NCBI GenBank assembly: GCA_013152715.1
Contig: JAADFU010000075.1
Location: 1,804 to 65,803, forward strand
Direction of reading: 5' to 3'
DNA length: 64,000 nt
From: Calditrichota bacterium
GTDB lineage: Bacteria; Zhuqueibacterota; Zhuqueibacteria; Thermofontimicrobiales; Thermofontimicrobiaceae
Shown: positions 1-10,200 of the stretch, piece by piece
Layout of the letters: each line of letters starts with the position of its first letter
Numbering within the stretch: the first letter of the stretch is position 1
Translations under genes and position numbers: made by a program
Notes under the pieces: model-generated
Databases searched by the model: none
What the model was told of the DNA's origin: nothing
The model's input: the letters and a program-made list of their open reading frames with translations, nothing else

Positions 1-1718
1 TTTCGCAATGAATCCGGCAGCGTGGGATCGCGGTAAATATTAGCCGGTTTGAACGGATTGAAAATATTCGGATCGGTCGGATCCGATAGAATTTTCGCCC
101 GGGAGTTGAAATAGTCAAAGCGCAAGCCCAGATTCACAATCATGCTTCTATATTCAATTTTATCCTGCACGTACGCGGAAAATTCAATCGGGCGGGTGGT
201 GTAATTGTTGTGCGCCGGATTCTCCGGTCCCAGAATGGCCGTCCGAAACGGCACGACGTCAACGCCCATGGAATCCCTCAATGCCGTGAGCCAGATATCA
301 TCGAGATAAAGTTTGTGCAACCGGCCTTCCAACCCAGCCTTCAACTGATGCATTTCATTGAGCTGAATAGTATAGTCGAATTTTCCGACCCAGGTGTTTG
401 TATTGCGCTGAAAATGATGCATATTTGTCCCTTTACTCAAAAATCCGTAGCTGGGCGCAAAAAGAGAATCCGGATGGACATAGCGCGCATCGTGCGGGTC
501 TTTGTAAAGATATTCTTTGAACTGCTTGTAATAGTTGGAAATATTAATCGTGTAAAAAGATCGTTGGCTGAGCGTGTGCGTCAGGAGCGCGGACAAATTG
601 TAGCCGTCGTCAAATTTTTCCACATCGCCGGTGGGATTCCATTTGAAGCCGTGATTGTAATCGCGAAAATTCATTTTGCTTCCCAACGCGCCAATGCTGA
701 GTTTCATTGTCGGCGCCAACCGCGCCGTCACTTTCGCCTGTCCGGATAATTTGTGACGAAAATTCATCGGCACGGGTTTGCCATCACCAGGTTTACCTGA
801 TGGCAAATATTTATTCTGTCCGTACAGCCAGCCATCAGTGGAATAGTAGCGCGCCGTGACGAAAAAGTTCAATTTATCTGCAAAAGGAACAGGCCCGTCG
901 AGGCTGGTTTGTAAATTGTAATTCGCAACCGGATTATTGTTTTTAATATCGTAAAAAATTTGATTGTGCTCGCTGACGTAATCGCCGCTGTGGCCGGAAA
1001 AATTAACATGATACTTGCTGCCGCCTTCTTTGGTCACGATATTTACGATTCCCGACATCGCCTGCCCGTATTCGGCGTTGAACGTTCCGCTGATCACCTG
1101 CAACTCCTGCACCGATTCATTTTCCACCTGCACCGAAATTGCGCCGTCGTAAACATCGGTCACCGAGACGCCGTCCACCCAGTACGCCACTTCCGACGAT
1201 CTGCCGCCGCGAATGTGGATGCCGCCGTAGCGGTCAACGGTCACGCCCGATTGCAAGGCTAAAACTTCGCTCACTTCCTGCACCGGCAAATTCGCAATCT
1301 GATCGGCGTCCACGTGAGCTTCCGCTGAAGTCAGATCTTTGGTCACCAGTGGCCTCTTTGCCGTGACTACTACTTCTTTCCCCAGATCGAGAATTTCAGT
1401 GCTCAACTTAAAATTTATCGTCGTTGTCAAGTCGATGGAAACCTTCACGCCGGTAAATGTTGACTTTTGGTAACCAATCATGGAAGCGGACAATGTGTAG
1501 CTTCCGGGCGGCACATTCAAAATCACGTAGTAACCGTCCAAACTGCTTGCCGCGCCCATGGTCGTTCCTTCGATAAGCACATTCACACCGGGAAGCGGAT
1601 CTCCGGTCTGGACGTCGACAACCCGACCAGTTATTTTCCCGGTTGTTCCGGCAAAAAGATATTGGAATGACAATAGTAGTATTCCCAAAATCAGGAACAT
1701 CTTTCGTTTTAAAATCAT
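1..1718 (-). CDS. TonB-dependent outer-membrane receptor with CarboxypepD_reg-like N-terminal domain (first ~572 aa; ORF runs off the left window edge)
   Basis: Not in the ORF track because it has no stop inside the window. My translation of the minus strand from ATG 1718 (GGAGG upstream) reads MILKRKMFLILGILLLSFQYLFAGTTGKITGRVVDVQTGDPLPGVNVLIEGTTMGAASSLDGYYVILNVPPGSYTLSASMIGYQ...IHIRGGRSSEVAYWVDGVSVTDVY...ISGTFNAEYGQAMSGIVNIVTKEGG. I checked codon by codon that the frame stays open to base 1. It is colinear with, and paralogous to, the 935-aa receptor at 10840-13647. Track ORF 1408-1761 is an out-of-frame shadow. Confidence 0.85.
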   Translation of the reverse strand, partial: MILKRKMFLILGILLLSFQYLFAGTTGKITGRVVDVQTGDPLPGVNVLIEGTTMGAASSLDGYYVILNVPPGSYTLSASMIGYQKSTFTGVKVSIDLTTTINFKLSTEILDLGKEVVVTAKRPLVTKDLTSAEAHVDADQIANLPVQEVSEVLALQSGVTVDRYGGIHIRGGRSSEVAYWVDGVSVTDVYDGAISVQVENESVQELQVISGTFNAEYGQAMSGIVNIVTKEGGSKYHVNFSGHSGDYVSEHNQIFYDIKNNNPVANYNLQTSLDGPVPFADKLNFFVTARYYSTDGWLYGQNKYLPSGKPGDGKPVPMNFRHKLSGQAKVTARLAPTMKLSIGALGSKMNFRDYNHGFKWNPTGDVEKFDDGYNLSALLTHTLSQRSFYTINISNYYKQFKEYLYKDPHDARYVHPDSLFAPSYGFLSKGTNMHHFQRNTNTWVGKFDYTIQLNEMHQLKAGLEGRLHKLYLDDIWLTALRDSMGVDVVPFRTAILGPENPAHNNYTTRPIEFSAYVQDKIEYRSMIVNLGLRFDYFNSRAKILSDPTDPNIFNPFKPANIYRDPTLPDSLR

Positions 1719-1890
1719 AAGGTTTATTCCTCCATGGTAATGGACGAAAATCTTTTCTCACTTTGATGTTTAGAGTTTTAAATCAAAGATCAGCTTTTAA
1801 AATCTAACGATTGTGTCAAGTAGATTCGCCTTTATTTCTTCAGAACGAATATAGCTCCCTGCTCAACTCGAAACCCAAAACCTAACAACT

Positions 1891-2544
1891 TCAATTTTTC
1901 AAAGAATCAATAGCAGCAGTAGGGATCGTTCCGGTATTTTTGTCTAATTTATCCAAAATTTCCTGGTAAATTTCCACCAAACCCTGCTCAGTGGAAATCA
2001 AATCAGTCAGCACAATGAAAACCGGGCCGACAACTTCTTCCGTGGCCCTATTTTTAAAAAAATCAGAACCGTAAAAAATTTTTGTCAGAGACTGGAATCG
2101 GGAGTTGAGCAATTTGTTTTGCTCCTCCATTTCTGAAAATTTCATCGCCAGAGAATAATCAATATCCCGAATAATCCCCAATTCTTTCGCAGTAGTCCAG
2201 GCCGTGGAAAGCATCGGCGCAATTTGCAAGCCCTCATTAATTTCTCGCTGCAAATCAGAGTAAATTTTGGCAAACGATTGATTTTTCAGTCGCCTTTTTG
2301 ATTTTGAAAATAAAATTGCCTTGAGTGAATCGCGATAAGCGATTTGGTTGGCGATTGAGTGTTCCATTCCATCTTTATTTTGCACTATTTCGCTGCGAAC
2401 CAATGCCAAAGCGCGCGACACAGCGCGGTTCCGATTGTAATTTTGCCGCCATTCATTCACGACCAGCGCCAGAATTACCGCGAAAACGATGGAAAAAATC
2501 TCCACTCCAATCCTTTGCCAGCTTTTTCGATTATTTTCACTCAT
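1891..2544 (-). CDS. hypothetical single-pass membrane protein
   Basis: Track ORF 1891-2586. I prefer the internal ATG at 2544 (MSENNRKSWQRIGVEIFSIVFAVILALVV...) because it removes the overlap with the upstream PpiC gene (stop at 2565). One N-terminal hydrophobic helix. No family recognised. Confidence 0.5.
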   Translation of the reverse strand: MSENNRKSWQRIGVEIFSIVFAVILALVVNEWRQNYNRNRAVSRALALVRSEIVQNKDGMEHSIANQIAYRDSLKAILFSKSKRRLKNQSFAKIYSDLQREINEGLQIAPMLSTAWTTAKELGIIRDIDYSLAMKFSEMEEQNKLLNSRFQSLTKIFYGSDFFKNRATEEVVGPVFIVLTDLISTEQGLVEIYQEILDKLDKNTGTIPTAAIDSLKN

Positions 2545-2564
2545 CAATTTTGCTCCACTAACGC

Positions 2565-4271
2565 TCACTCGGAAAACACTGTCCAACGTAATTTTTCTTT
2601 GTCAATCCGAATATTAGCTTGCTGGTGTAATTGTTCAACAAAATTATGCAGGCGAATTCGCCGCCATTTCCAGAGCAATTCAGTGGCAATTTGCTCTTTT
2701 GCTTCTTCAAATGTTTTTGGACGCGCCGGTTTTTTTTTAATCATTTGCACGATGGCGTAAAATCCTTCCACCGGAAAGGGTCCGGCAATCTCGCCGGGGT
2801 TCAATTGGAAAATGGAATCTGCCAGAGACCCAAATCGCGACCGGGGAGAAAATCCGAGTTCGCCGCCGCGCTCTGCCGCCCATTTGCGAAGCGAATATTT
2901 TTTAGACAATCCCGCAAAAGACTCGCCATTGCGGACTTTTTGCAATAATCTTCGCGCCGCACCCTCCTCGCCGACGAGAATTTCCCGCACATTCGCCTGC
3001 TCCTGAAAAAAATAGCCGTCCGCATTCTTCTCGTAAGCTTCTTTCAAAGCCTCTGTGGGCACAGTCACGGTGTCCGAAATCACGCGCAGCATTCTGCCGA
3101 CAATAGCGCCGTCAATGGCGTGGGCAATTTCTTTCTGCAGTTTTTTGTCTTCTTTCACTCCTGATTTTTCAGCCGCTTTTAACAATTCCTGCCGTACGCG
3201 CAACCCGACAACGAATTGTTTCAAATCATCTGACGTTTCAATTCGCCGTTGCTGCCGCGGAGAAGTGTGCTTTGCCTGCTCCAGAAAATCCGCCACCGTC
3301 CATTTCCCGCCTTTGAAATTTACCAAAGTTTCTTCGGCGACATCTGCGAGAGCCACCGACAACGACCGCTCTTCCGAATCAAGATTTCGCGACGTCCTTT
3401 TGTTAAATTCTTTCATTCTGGAAAAAATAAATTGCACTAACTTTTGGTTGAATTCCGGCCTCAAATTTTCTGCCAATTTTTTTCCCAATTTTTGTGCGTA
3501 CTGAATATTTTTCTCCAGCCGAATTTCTTTTTCCAGTTTAGGTTTCGCCGCAATGAAATCAGATTCGCTGGCAATGGGAATGAAAATTCTGTCTTCCAAT
3601 TTGATAATGCTGTAACCGTATCTGGTTTTCACCGGACGGGAAATTTCGCCGACTTTCAGGGAAAAAGCCGCCTTCTCAAATGCCGGATCCATTTCTCCTT
3701 TTCCGAAATAACCGAGATAACCGCCGTTTTCCGCCAGCGTCGCATCCTGAAAAGTAGCATGAGCAAGTTCAGAAAAATCTTCCCCGTTTTGCAAACGCGC
3801 GTACAATTCTTCCGCCTGTTCACGGGTGCGCGCGTACAGATGCCGGGCAGCCACTTTTTGTTTGGAAAGGCGGAATTGTTTGGCAAGTTCCTTCTCGCTC
3901 ACGGAAACCGTGTCAAAGAACATCTTTTTGCGGTAAGTGTCCAGATAATATTGCGCGCGAATGCTCTCTGCTATCCGCCGAAAATCAGCGTCGCTGTCCC
4001 AGCCCCGGCGGTGGAAATCCTGAATCAGAAGCTGCTCGTTGATCATTTGATTGAGCAAATCCTCGCGCGTCTGGAGATTATCTTTGATGCCGGTAATGCG
4101 CGAAAAAAAGTTCAGCCGTCTGCCAAAGTCAGCCACAGAGATTACGTCGTTATTGACTTGCGCCAAAGGGACTGATTTTTTATTTTTTGAACAAAAAACA
4201 AACGCAGTGATCAGTAAAATTTCGCTGATCAAAAAAAATTTGCTCGCCCTTGGAAAAGAAATACTCTTCAT
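2565..4271 (-). CDS. PpiC/parvulin-type peptidyl-prolyl isomerase, SurA/PpiD-like envelope chaperone
   Basis: Lipoprotein-like leader (LLITAFVFCSKN) and a rotamase core RHLYARTREQAEELYARLQNGEDFSELA...GGYLGYFGKGEMDPAFEKAAFSLKVGEISRPVKTRYGYSIIKLEDR. The ATG at 4271 overlaps the GH13 stop (TGATG); the track start at 4274 is a TTG one codon upstream. Paralogue of 24017-25771. Confidence 0.8.
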   Translation of the reverse strand: MKSISFPRASKFFLISEILLITAFVFCSKNKKSVPLAQVNNDVISVADFGRRLNFFSRITGIKDNLQTREDLLNQMINEQLLIQDFHRRGWDSDADFRRIAESIRAQYYLDTYRKKMFFDTVSVSEKELAKQFRLSKQKVAARHLYARTREQAEELYARLQNGEDFSELAHATFQDATLAENGGYLGYFGKGEMDPAFEKAAFSLKVGEISRPVKTRYGYSIIKLEDRIFIPIASESDFIAAKPKLEKEIRLEKNIQYAQKLGKKLAENLRPEFNQKLVQFIFSRMKEFNKRTSRNLDSEERSLSVALADVAEETLVNFKGGKWTVADFLEQAKHTSPRQQRRIETSDDLKQFVVGLRVRQELLKAAEKSGVKEDKKLQKEIAHAIDGAIVGRMLRVISDTVTVPTEALKEAYEKNADGYFFQEQANVREILVGEEGAARRLLQKVRNGESFAGLSKKYSLRKWAAERGGELGFSPRSRFGSLADSIFQLNPGEIAGPFPVEGFYAIVQMIKKKPARPKTFEEAKEQIATELLWKWRRIRLHNFVEQLHQQANIRIDKEKLRWTVFSE

Positions 4272-6121
4272 CAATGGTTCTCCTGCGCGAGTCTCGTTTC
4301 CATCCCCGGAATCAAAATCACGCCGGACTTGCTGTCCAGAGAAATTTCCAATTGGTCATCCACTCCGATGAATTGATCGCCGGAAATTAAATCCATCCAG
4401 TACTTTCCCGGCAAATTCAATCGCACGTGTTGGATTCTTTCGGCATTATTGACGGCAACCACAATTTTTTCAGTTTCTGTAGCGCGTTCAAAAACAAAAA
4501 TATCTCTGTCGCCATCCGCCAAAATTGTCCGGTAATTTCCCAGCATCAACGCCGAATGTTGTCGGCGAATTTTTATCAGCCCTTGATACCAGCGAAACAA
4601 ATCTTCGTTGAACACATTTTTATCGCGCGGCCGCTCCAGCCCAAAGGGGTGACTGACTTCGTCCTCGTAAGTCATGTCCTGCCAGAGCATCGGTTTCCGC
4701 TCATCCGGATCGCTGGCGCCCCACATACCGGCTTCGTCGCCGTAAAAAATCATCGGCGCGCCGATGTAAGTCATCTGAAAAAGTACGATTAGTTTTTGAA
4801 TTTTAATTTCATCGGCGTGAGGTTTGCGCACATTGTAATTTTTATTTGACTGCAAAGTATTATTGTGCCCGTAAATTCTGTCCGGATTGACAATCATCGA
4901 ACCGAGTCGATCCGTGTCGTGGCTATCCATGAGATTTTGCAGCACAAAATTGACCTCAGCCGGGTAGTCTTTCCGAATCTGTTCCAATTCCTGATCAAAA
5001 GCCGAAGCGGTTATTTTTTTATTTTTGTTGATGAAAAATTTAGTGACTGCGTTGGCAAACCGGTAATTCATTACCGCGTCAAACATATCGCCCTGAAGCC
5101 AGCCCGCGGCATTGAACATTTTCACAGGGAATTTTTCCCACCAAACTTCTCCGCTGAGGTACGCCTGCGGATTAACGGAACGAACGAATTTGCGAAATTT
5201 CACCCACGAAGGTCTGGTTACTTTTTCCGCCACATCAAGCCGCCAGCCGTCGATCCCATCGGAGGGATCACCGTCATTGTTCGGATCCATCCAGCGATGA
5301 ATCGCCGCCCGCATGTAGCGCCAGGCGCCGCGGTCAAATCCGCTTTTGCCCTCGCGGATTTCCGGAAGGCTGCGCACGTTTGCCCAGCACTCATAATCGA
5401 ACTCGTCTTCCGGCGTATTCGGATCATCCCAGGATTTGACGGTGAACCAATTTTTGTATTTTGATTTTTGCTGATTTTTTTTCAAATCCTCAAACGCGAA
5501 AAATTTTACCCCGACATGATTAAAAACGCCGTCGATGATCACTTTAATCCCGCGTTTGTGACATTCATCAATTAATTTGAGAAACAATTTATCCGCCGCC
5601 GTCCATTCCCACGTAGAAGGATCATCGGGGATTTCGCGACGCATAATTTTTTTGTCGCCATCCGGTTCAGGACCAAAATTGTCATCAATATGATGGTAAC
5701 ACACAGCATCGTATTTGTGCAAAGACGGCGCTTCGAACAGCGGATTGAAATAAATGGCATTGATGCCCAAATTTTGCAGATAATCCAATTTATTCAAGAC
5801 ACCCTGCAAATCGCCGCCGTAGCGCCGACGCTGAGCATGATAGTAAAATCCCTTTCCGTCCTGCTCCCAGGGCTGCAATTTGTACCAATCGGAAGTCCAG
5901 GGAACAATCCGAATTTCCCGATCGTCGCCAAAAGGCCAGGCGCCCTGAATATCTGCCGTGGACGGATCGTTGGACGGATCGCCGTTGCGGAATCTTTCCG
6001 GAAAAATCTGATACCAGACCACAGTTTTTGCCCACTGCGGAACCTCGTAATTTATTTCTTTCTTACTGCAAAATGAAAATGACAAAATCAATAATCCAAT
6101 AATAACTTTTTTCAAATGCAT
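4271..6121 (-). CDS. GH13 alpha-amylase-family enzyme (neopullulanase/cyclomaltodextrinase-like), probable lipoprotein
   Basis: All four GH13 conserved regions are present: VIIDGVFNHVG, DGWRLDVAEK, GEVWWE, NLMDSHDTDR. I place the start at ATG 6121 (MHLKKVIIGLLILSFSFCSKKE, signal plus Cys) with GGAG upstream. The track's GTG at 6148 lies inside the 6136-6168 hairpin. Confidence 0.88.
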   Translation of the reverse strand: MHLKKVIIGLLILSFSFCSKKEINYEVPQWAKTVVWYQIFPERFRNGDPSNDPSTADIQGAWPFGDDREIRIVPWTSDWYKLQPWEQDGKGFYYHAQRRRYGGDLQGVLNKLDYLQNLGINAIYFNPLFEAPSLHKYDAVCYHHIDDNFGPEPDGDKKIMRREIPDDPSTWEWTAADKLFLKLIDECHKRGIKVIIDGVFNHVGVKFFAFEDLKKNQQKSKYKNWFTVKSWDDPNTPEDEFDYECWANVRSLPEIREGKSGFDRGAWRYMRAAIHRWMDPNNDGDPSDGIDGWRLDVAEKVTRPSWVKFRKFVRSVNPQAYLSGEVWWEKFPVKMFNAAGWLQGDMFDAVMNYRFANAVTKFFINKNKKITASAFDQELEQIRKDYPAEVNFVLQNLMDSHDTDRLGSMIVNPDRIYGHNNTLQSNKNYNVRKPHADEIKIQKLIVLFQMTYIGAPMIFYGDEAGMWGASDPDERKPMLWQDMTYEDEVSHPFGLERPRDKNVFNEDLFRWYQGLIKIRRQHSALMLGNYRTILADGDRDIFVFERATETEKIVVAVNNAERIQHVRLNLPGKYWMDLISGDQFIGVDDQLEISLDSKSGVILIPGMETRLAQENH

Positions 6122-6135
6122 TTCTCCATTCCTCA

Positions 6136-6168
6136 AGGTGTAGTCCACTTCAGAAGTGGACTACACCT
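6136..6168 (-). repeat. 33-nt perfect hairpin (16-bp stem) immediately 5' of the GH13 Shine-Dalgarno; copy 1 of a two-member family
   Basis: aggtgtagtccacttc-a-gaagtggactacacct is a perfect inverted repeat, 14 nt upstream of ATG 6121. A related copy lies at 17823-17855 in the same position relative to another start codon. Confidence 0.75.
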
Positions 6169-6211
6169 AAAATAGCTCACCTAAATATTTCGTGGTTAAA
6201 AAAAATTATTT

Positions 6212-7228
6212 TTAAAATTTCAACCCAACCGAAAACTGCTGCACATCTTTCAATACCCCGAACTGATGAAACGCATAATTCACTTTGACGCTCAGTCCGC
6301 GGACCAGGGGATAGGAAAATCCCACGCCAAGAGACACCCCCTCTTCGGAGTCTTTGGCAAAAAGCGTTTTGTAGCCGCCGCTCAGTGAAAATATTTCGTT
6401 GAAAGTGTAAATTGCGCCAAAATTGAGATATTCCACATCATCGTTGGGGTGCAGCGCATCGACGGCAAAAATCAGATTGCTGTTGCCGCGGCCTTTCAAC
6501 ACGTCCATGGACACTCCGACGCGAAACATGAGCGGCAAATCGTAACTTTCCGTCTTCAGTTCCGCATTGATATTTTCGTTATTCCCGGAAATGAGCGGAT
6601 TGACATCGTACTGAATGAGCAAATCTCTGCCACTCATGCGCATTTTTGTACCAAAGTTGGAAATGGACATGCCGATCTTTAATCCATTGAACTGGGTGGT
6701 AAACAGCGTTCCCAGATCGAACGCGATGCCCGTAGCAGAAGAATTGTAAATGTACTCATGGATGTATTTTAAATTAACTCCGATGCGAAAGCGATCCGTC
6801 AGCGCGCGAGCGTACGCCAGACCGAAAGCATAGCTGCCTGCGGAAAATTTTTCTCCGTTGCCCATGGGATAGTCGATTGTTGTGCGCTCCATATCGCCCA
6901 TGCTGAGAAAAGTCGCGTTGACGCCGATCGTTCCGAAACTGAGCGGCATGACCACGCCGGCATAATTAAAGCTGATATCGGCAATCCAGTTGTTGTAGCT
7001 AAAAACAGCTTCGTTTTTGTTGAGCAGCGCCATGCCCGCCGGATTCCAGTACATGGCCGTGGCGTCGTCGGCAACGGACACAAAAGCACCGCCCATGCCG
7101 ACTGCTCTGCCGCCGACATCGATGTTCAAAAAACCCGCCGCCGTCGTGCCTACTTTTGTGACTTGTTCCTGCGCCAGCGCCGCCTGAATCAAGACCATTA
7201 TTGTCAACATCACGTATCTGAGTTTCAT
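6212..7228 (-). CDS. PorV/PorQ-family outer-membrane beta-barrel protein (T9SS-associated)
   Basis: Signal peptide MKLRYVMLTIMVLIQAALAQ followed by the family hallmark GTTAAGFLNIDVGGRAVGMGGAFVSVADDATAMYWNPAGMALL. Alternating beta-strand pattern and a C-terminal aromatic residue (GLKF). GGGAG upstream of the ATG. Confidence 0.75.
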   Translation of the reverse strand: MKLRYVMLTIMVLIQAALAQEQVTKVGTTAAGFLNIDVGGRAVGMGGAFVSVADDATAMYWNPAGMALLNKNEAVFSYNNWIADISFNYAGVVMPLSFGTIGVNATFLSMGDMERTTIDYPMGNGEKFSAGSYAFGLAYARALTDRFRIGVNLKYIHEYIYNSSATGIAFDLGTLFTTQFNGLKIGMSISNFGTKMRMSGRDLLIQYDVNPLISGNNENINAELKTESYDLPLMFRVGVSMDVLKGRGNSNLIFAVDALHPNDDVEYLNFGAIYTFNEIFSLSGGYKTLFAKDSEEGVSLGVGFSYPLVRGLSVKVNYAFHQFGVLKDVQQFSVGLKF

Positions 7229-7290
7229 GGATATTCTCCCTTGTAATGTATTTACAAAACTTTGGAGATTTTTAATTCAATTTTTGAAAA

Positions 7291-10200
7291 CTATTTGATC
7301 ACCGCAAACTTTCCGATCTTCTGCCCCCATTTCCCGGCATCAATATGATAGACATAAACGCCGTAGGAAATGTCGAGATTATCTCTGGTCAGCATGTTCC
7401 AGATCTCAGTCCCGTTCCAGATTTGCGGATCGCCCGCGCCAATGTAGGCATCGTGCTCAATAGTGTTGATCAACTGACCGCGCACGTTAAAAATGCGAAT
7501 CGTACATTTGGGCGGCAGATTAATGAAATGCAACTCTCTGGGGCCATGACCGCTGGAATAGGGATTTAACGGTTCCCAGCTATTGGTCACAATGTACGGA
7601 TTGGGAACAACACGAATTTTGTCTAAATCTGACTTTGCCTGTTCATCGTCAATTTTTTCCTTGTGCGTGGTAAATTCCAGCGTCATGGAAGAGAGGAATG
7701 GTTTGGACAAAATCACGTAAGCTGTGTCCCCGGCTGCCGGAGCCTTGAGCCGGGCGTCGTAAACTGTTTTGAATTCCCAGGTGACGATCAACGAGTCGTT
7801 TTCGTCTCTTTCCAGTAAAATTATTAAATCCTGATCGTTGTAATCAGATGAAAAAACTCCGTCATCGCCATGGACTTCCCAAAAAGCGAAATCAATGAAT
7901 CGGGCAGTTGACATATTGTAAACGCGAAAATTCACCGGCTTTGGCATTAACTCAACGCGCGTAACCTTAAGATATTTCGACGTGTCCATACCTACTTCGC
8001 CGAAAATAATCTTGTAATCGGAGGGATACATTGTACCGGTGACAAATCCAACCTTAAAAACTTTGAAACTCATGGTGTACAAACTGTCCCGACTCCAGTG
8101 GCTTTTGCTGCGATCAATTTGAATGAATTTGCTGTTGTGTGTCGACAATTGAAAGCCGTCAATGATCGGTTGTTCGTCCAGGGGACTTAACTTCCGCGAA
8201 CGTTCGATTAATGTATCGATTGTTCCCTCGCTTTCAAAAGTAACGTCGGCGAGAGTCCAGCATTTCGTAGAAAGCGTATCGCCCTCGGCAACGCTTCCCG
8301 AACGAACCGAATCTTCAAAAGTAATGCGATAATGATGATTATCTTTCACCATCGCCGGGTCGACAATTTCGTAGGCGAAATATCCGGAAGGTTTCAGCGC
8401 AGACACTGCCGCAATCGTGTCAATATCCGCCGCAACAAATCCTGCCGACGGCGATTCGGGCTGCACAATGGCGACATTCCTGCCTTTGGAAATATTCCCG
8501 GACGCATCGATGGAAATCTGAATGGCAGATTCAGTGGGAGGAATCTGCTTGTCAGGACTCGGATCGCCGTGGTCGTAAGCAGTAATGGCGTAATAATAAG
8601 TGTAGCCATTCTTCACATCCGTGTCCACAAAGCTGTGCTTGAGCCCGGAATTGTTTCCCAGGTAAAATTGCACGCCTTTCACCGGCACCACCTGATAGTC
8701 AGTCGTGGAATTGTCCGGATTTCTGTGCGTGTAAGTGAATCCCTGATATTCATTCACTAAATCAAATTGCGCAATCGGCTCCATGAAAGTTTCCGAGCCA
8801 AAAGCGTCGGTAATTTGCGTCATATCTTTGAACTGAGTATCGGTGGAACGATAAATGCGATAGCCTTCAAAATCTTTTCCGGTGATCGGATCTTCTGACT
8901 CTTCAGCAATAGAATCCCAGTACAACGTCACTTTTCCGTCTCCGGGAACAGCCGTCAGAGTCGGCGCGTAGGGCGCTTTGGCGAAATTGTAATTTTCATT
9001 ATACGCCTTGCTCACCCACTCTTTGTTGCGATAAATATCGCTGTTTTTGTCGTGTCGCGGGCCATCACCGAAAATCATGGCAATGGAAAATCGTTCCGTC
9101 TGTCCGACTTTCAGCGGGAAATAGCCAGAGCCAAATTGAAAATCGGCATCTTTATTTTCAATAACTTCCGCCTTCAAATAGCCGGGCTGCATGTATTTCC
9201 AGATTTTGTTATCATCGTAAAGCGGAATGGCATCGAACGGATAAAAAATGTAGAGAGAAGTCAAGCCAATCATGTCAGACTCATCAATGTCAGTTTTGTC
9301 GATGTGTGGTTCTCCGGGAAGATCCGTGCCCCTGCCGCTGGTGGGAACGCCGTCTCCTTCGCCGGGATCGCCGGTATTGGCTTTTCCGTCCAGGCCAACA
9401 TCGTCAGCCAGCGGGTCCCAATCACCGTCGTTGTCGATGCCGTCATCGCGGCGTTCGTCAATCAACGGATTGGATAGACCGGCGCCCAGAATGTAGTCTT
9501 TGTACGGCAGGCCAATGTACAAATAGACATGCGTTGTGTCCGGGGGCGTGCCAATGACTGCACCGTTATTTTCATCGATGATGCCGTTCAAATTATTGTC
9601 GATATTGTCATCGGGAATTTCGCGAACAGTTTGATTCGGCAAAACAGTGTACGTTTTTCCGTTATGGCGATAAGTAATACCGTCCGCCGGCATCGTTGTT
9701 ACAGTTCGTTCGTAAGTTTCATAATCAATCAAAACGATCTGTTCGCCGACCTGATAACTTCTCGGGGCAAACATGTCCTCGGAGATTGTGGGACCGGCAA
9801 AGGCCAAACCGTCGCCATCGTTGTCAATTCCATCGTAGGGATTGCCCGGGCTTTCCAGAAATGCGTAACCAAGAACGCCGACGGGTCCCCAACCACCACT
9901 GCCAATTCCGTCGTAGTCATAGCTGATTGCCAAATCTTCCAACAAATCATATTCCGCAGAATCATCGTTAAAATCGCCCTGCATGGTACGCGTGTTTCCG
10001 AGCATATTTCCGATCATCATGCCGAAAATCATTTTCGTGTAATTCGTTGTTCCGATATTTGTAATGTCAAACAGCCAGAAAAGCGCATCTTCAACCAATG
10101 CATTCGACCACTGAAATCCGCGCACGGTCGCTCTCAGCCCCAGACCGCGACGAGTCGTATCTGTGCTGTCGGGATAAAACGGATATTCAGCGTCCTGATA

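Noticed and set aside
1408-1761. 117-aa minus-strand ORF given in the track
   Set aside because: It is out of frame with, and overlapped by, the well-supported TonB receptor ORF that starts at 1718. Its translation has no protein-like features.
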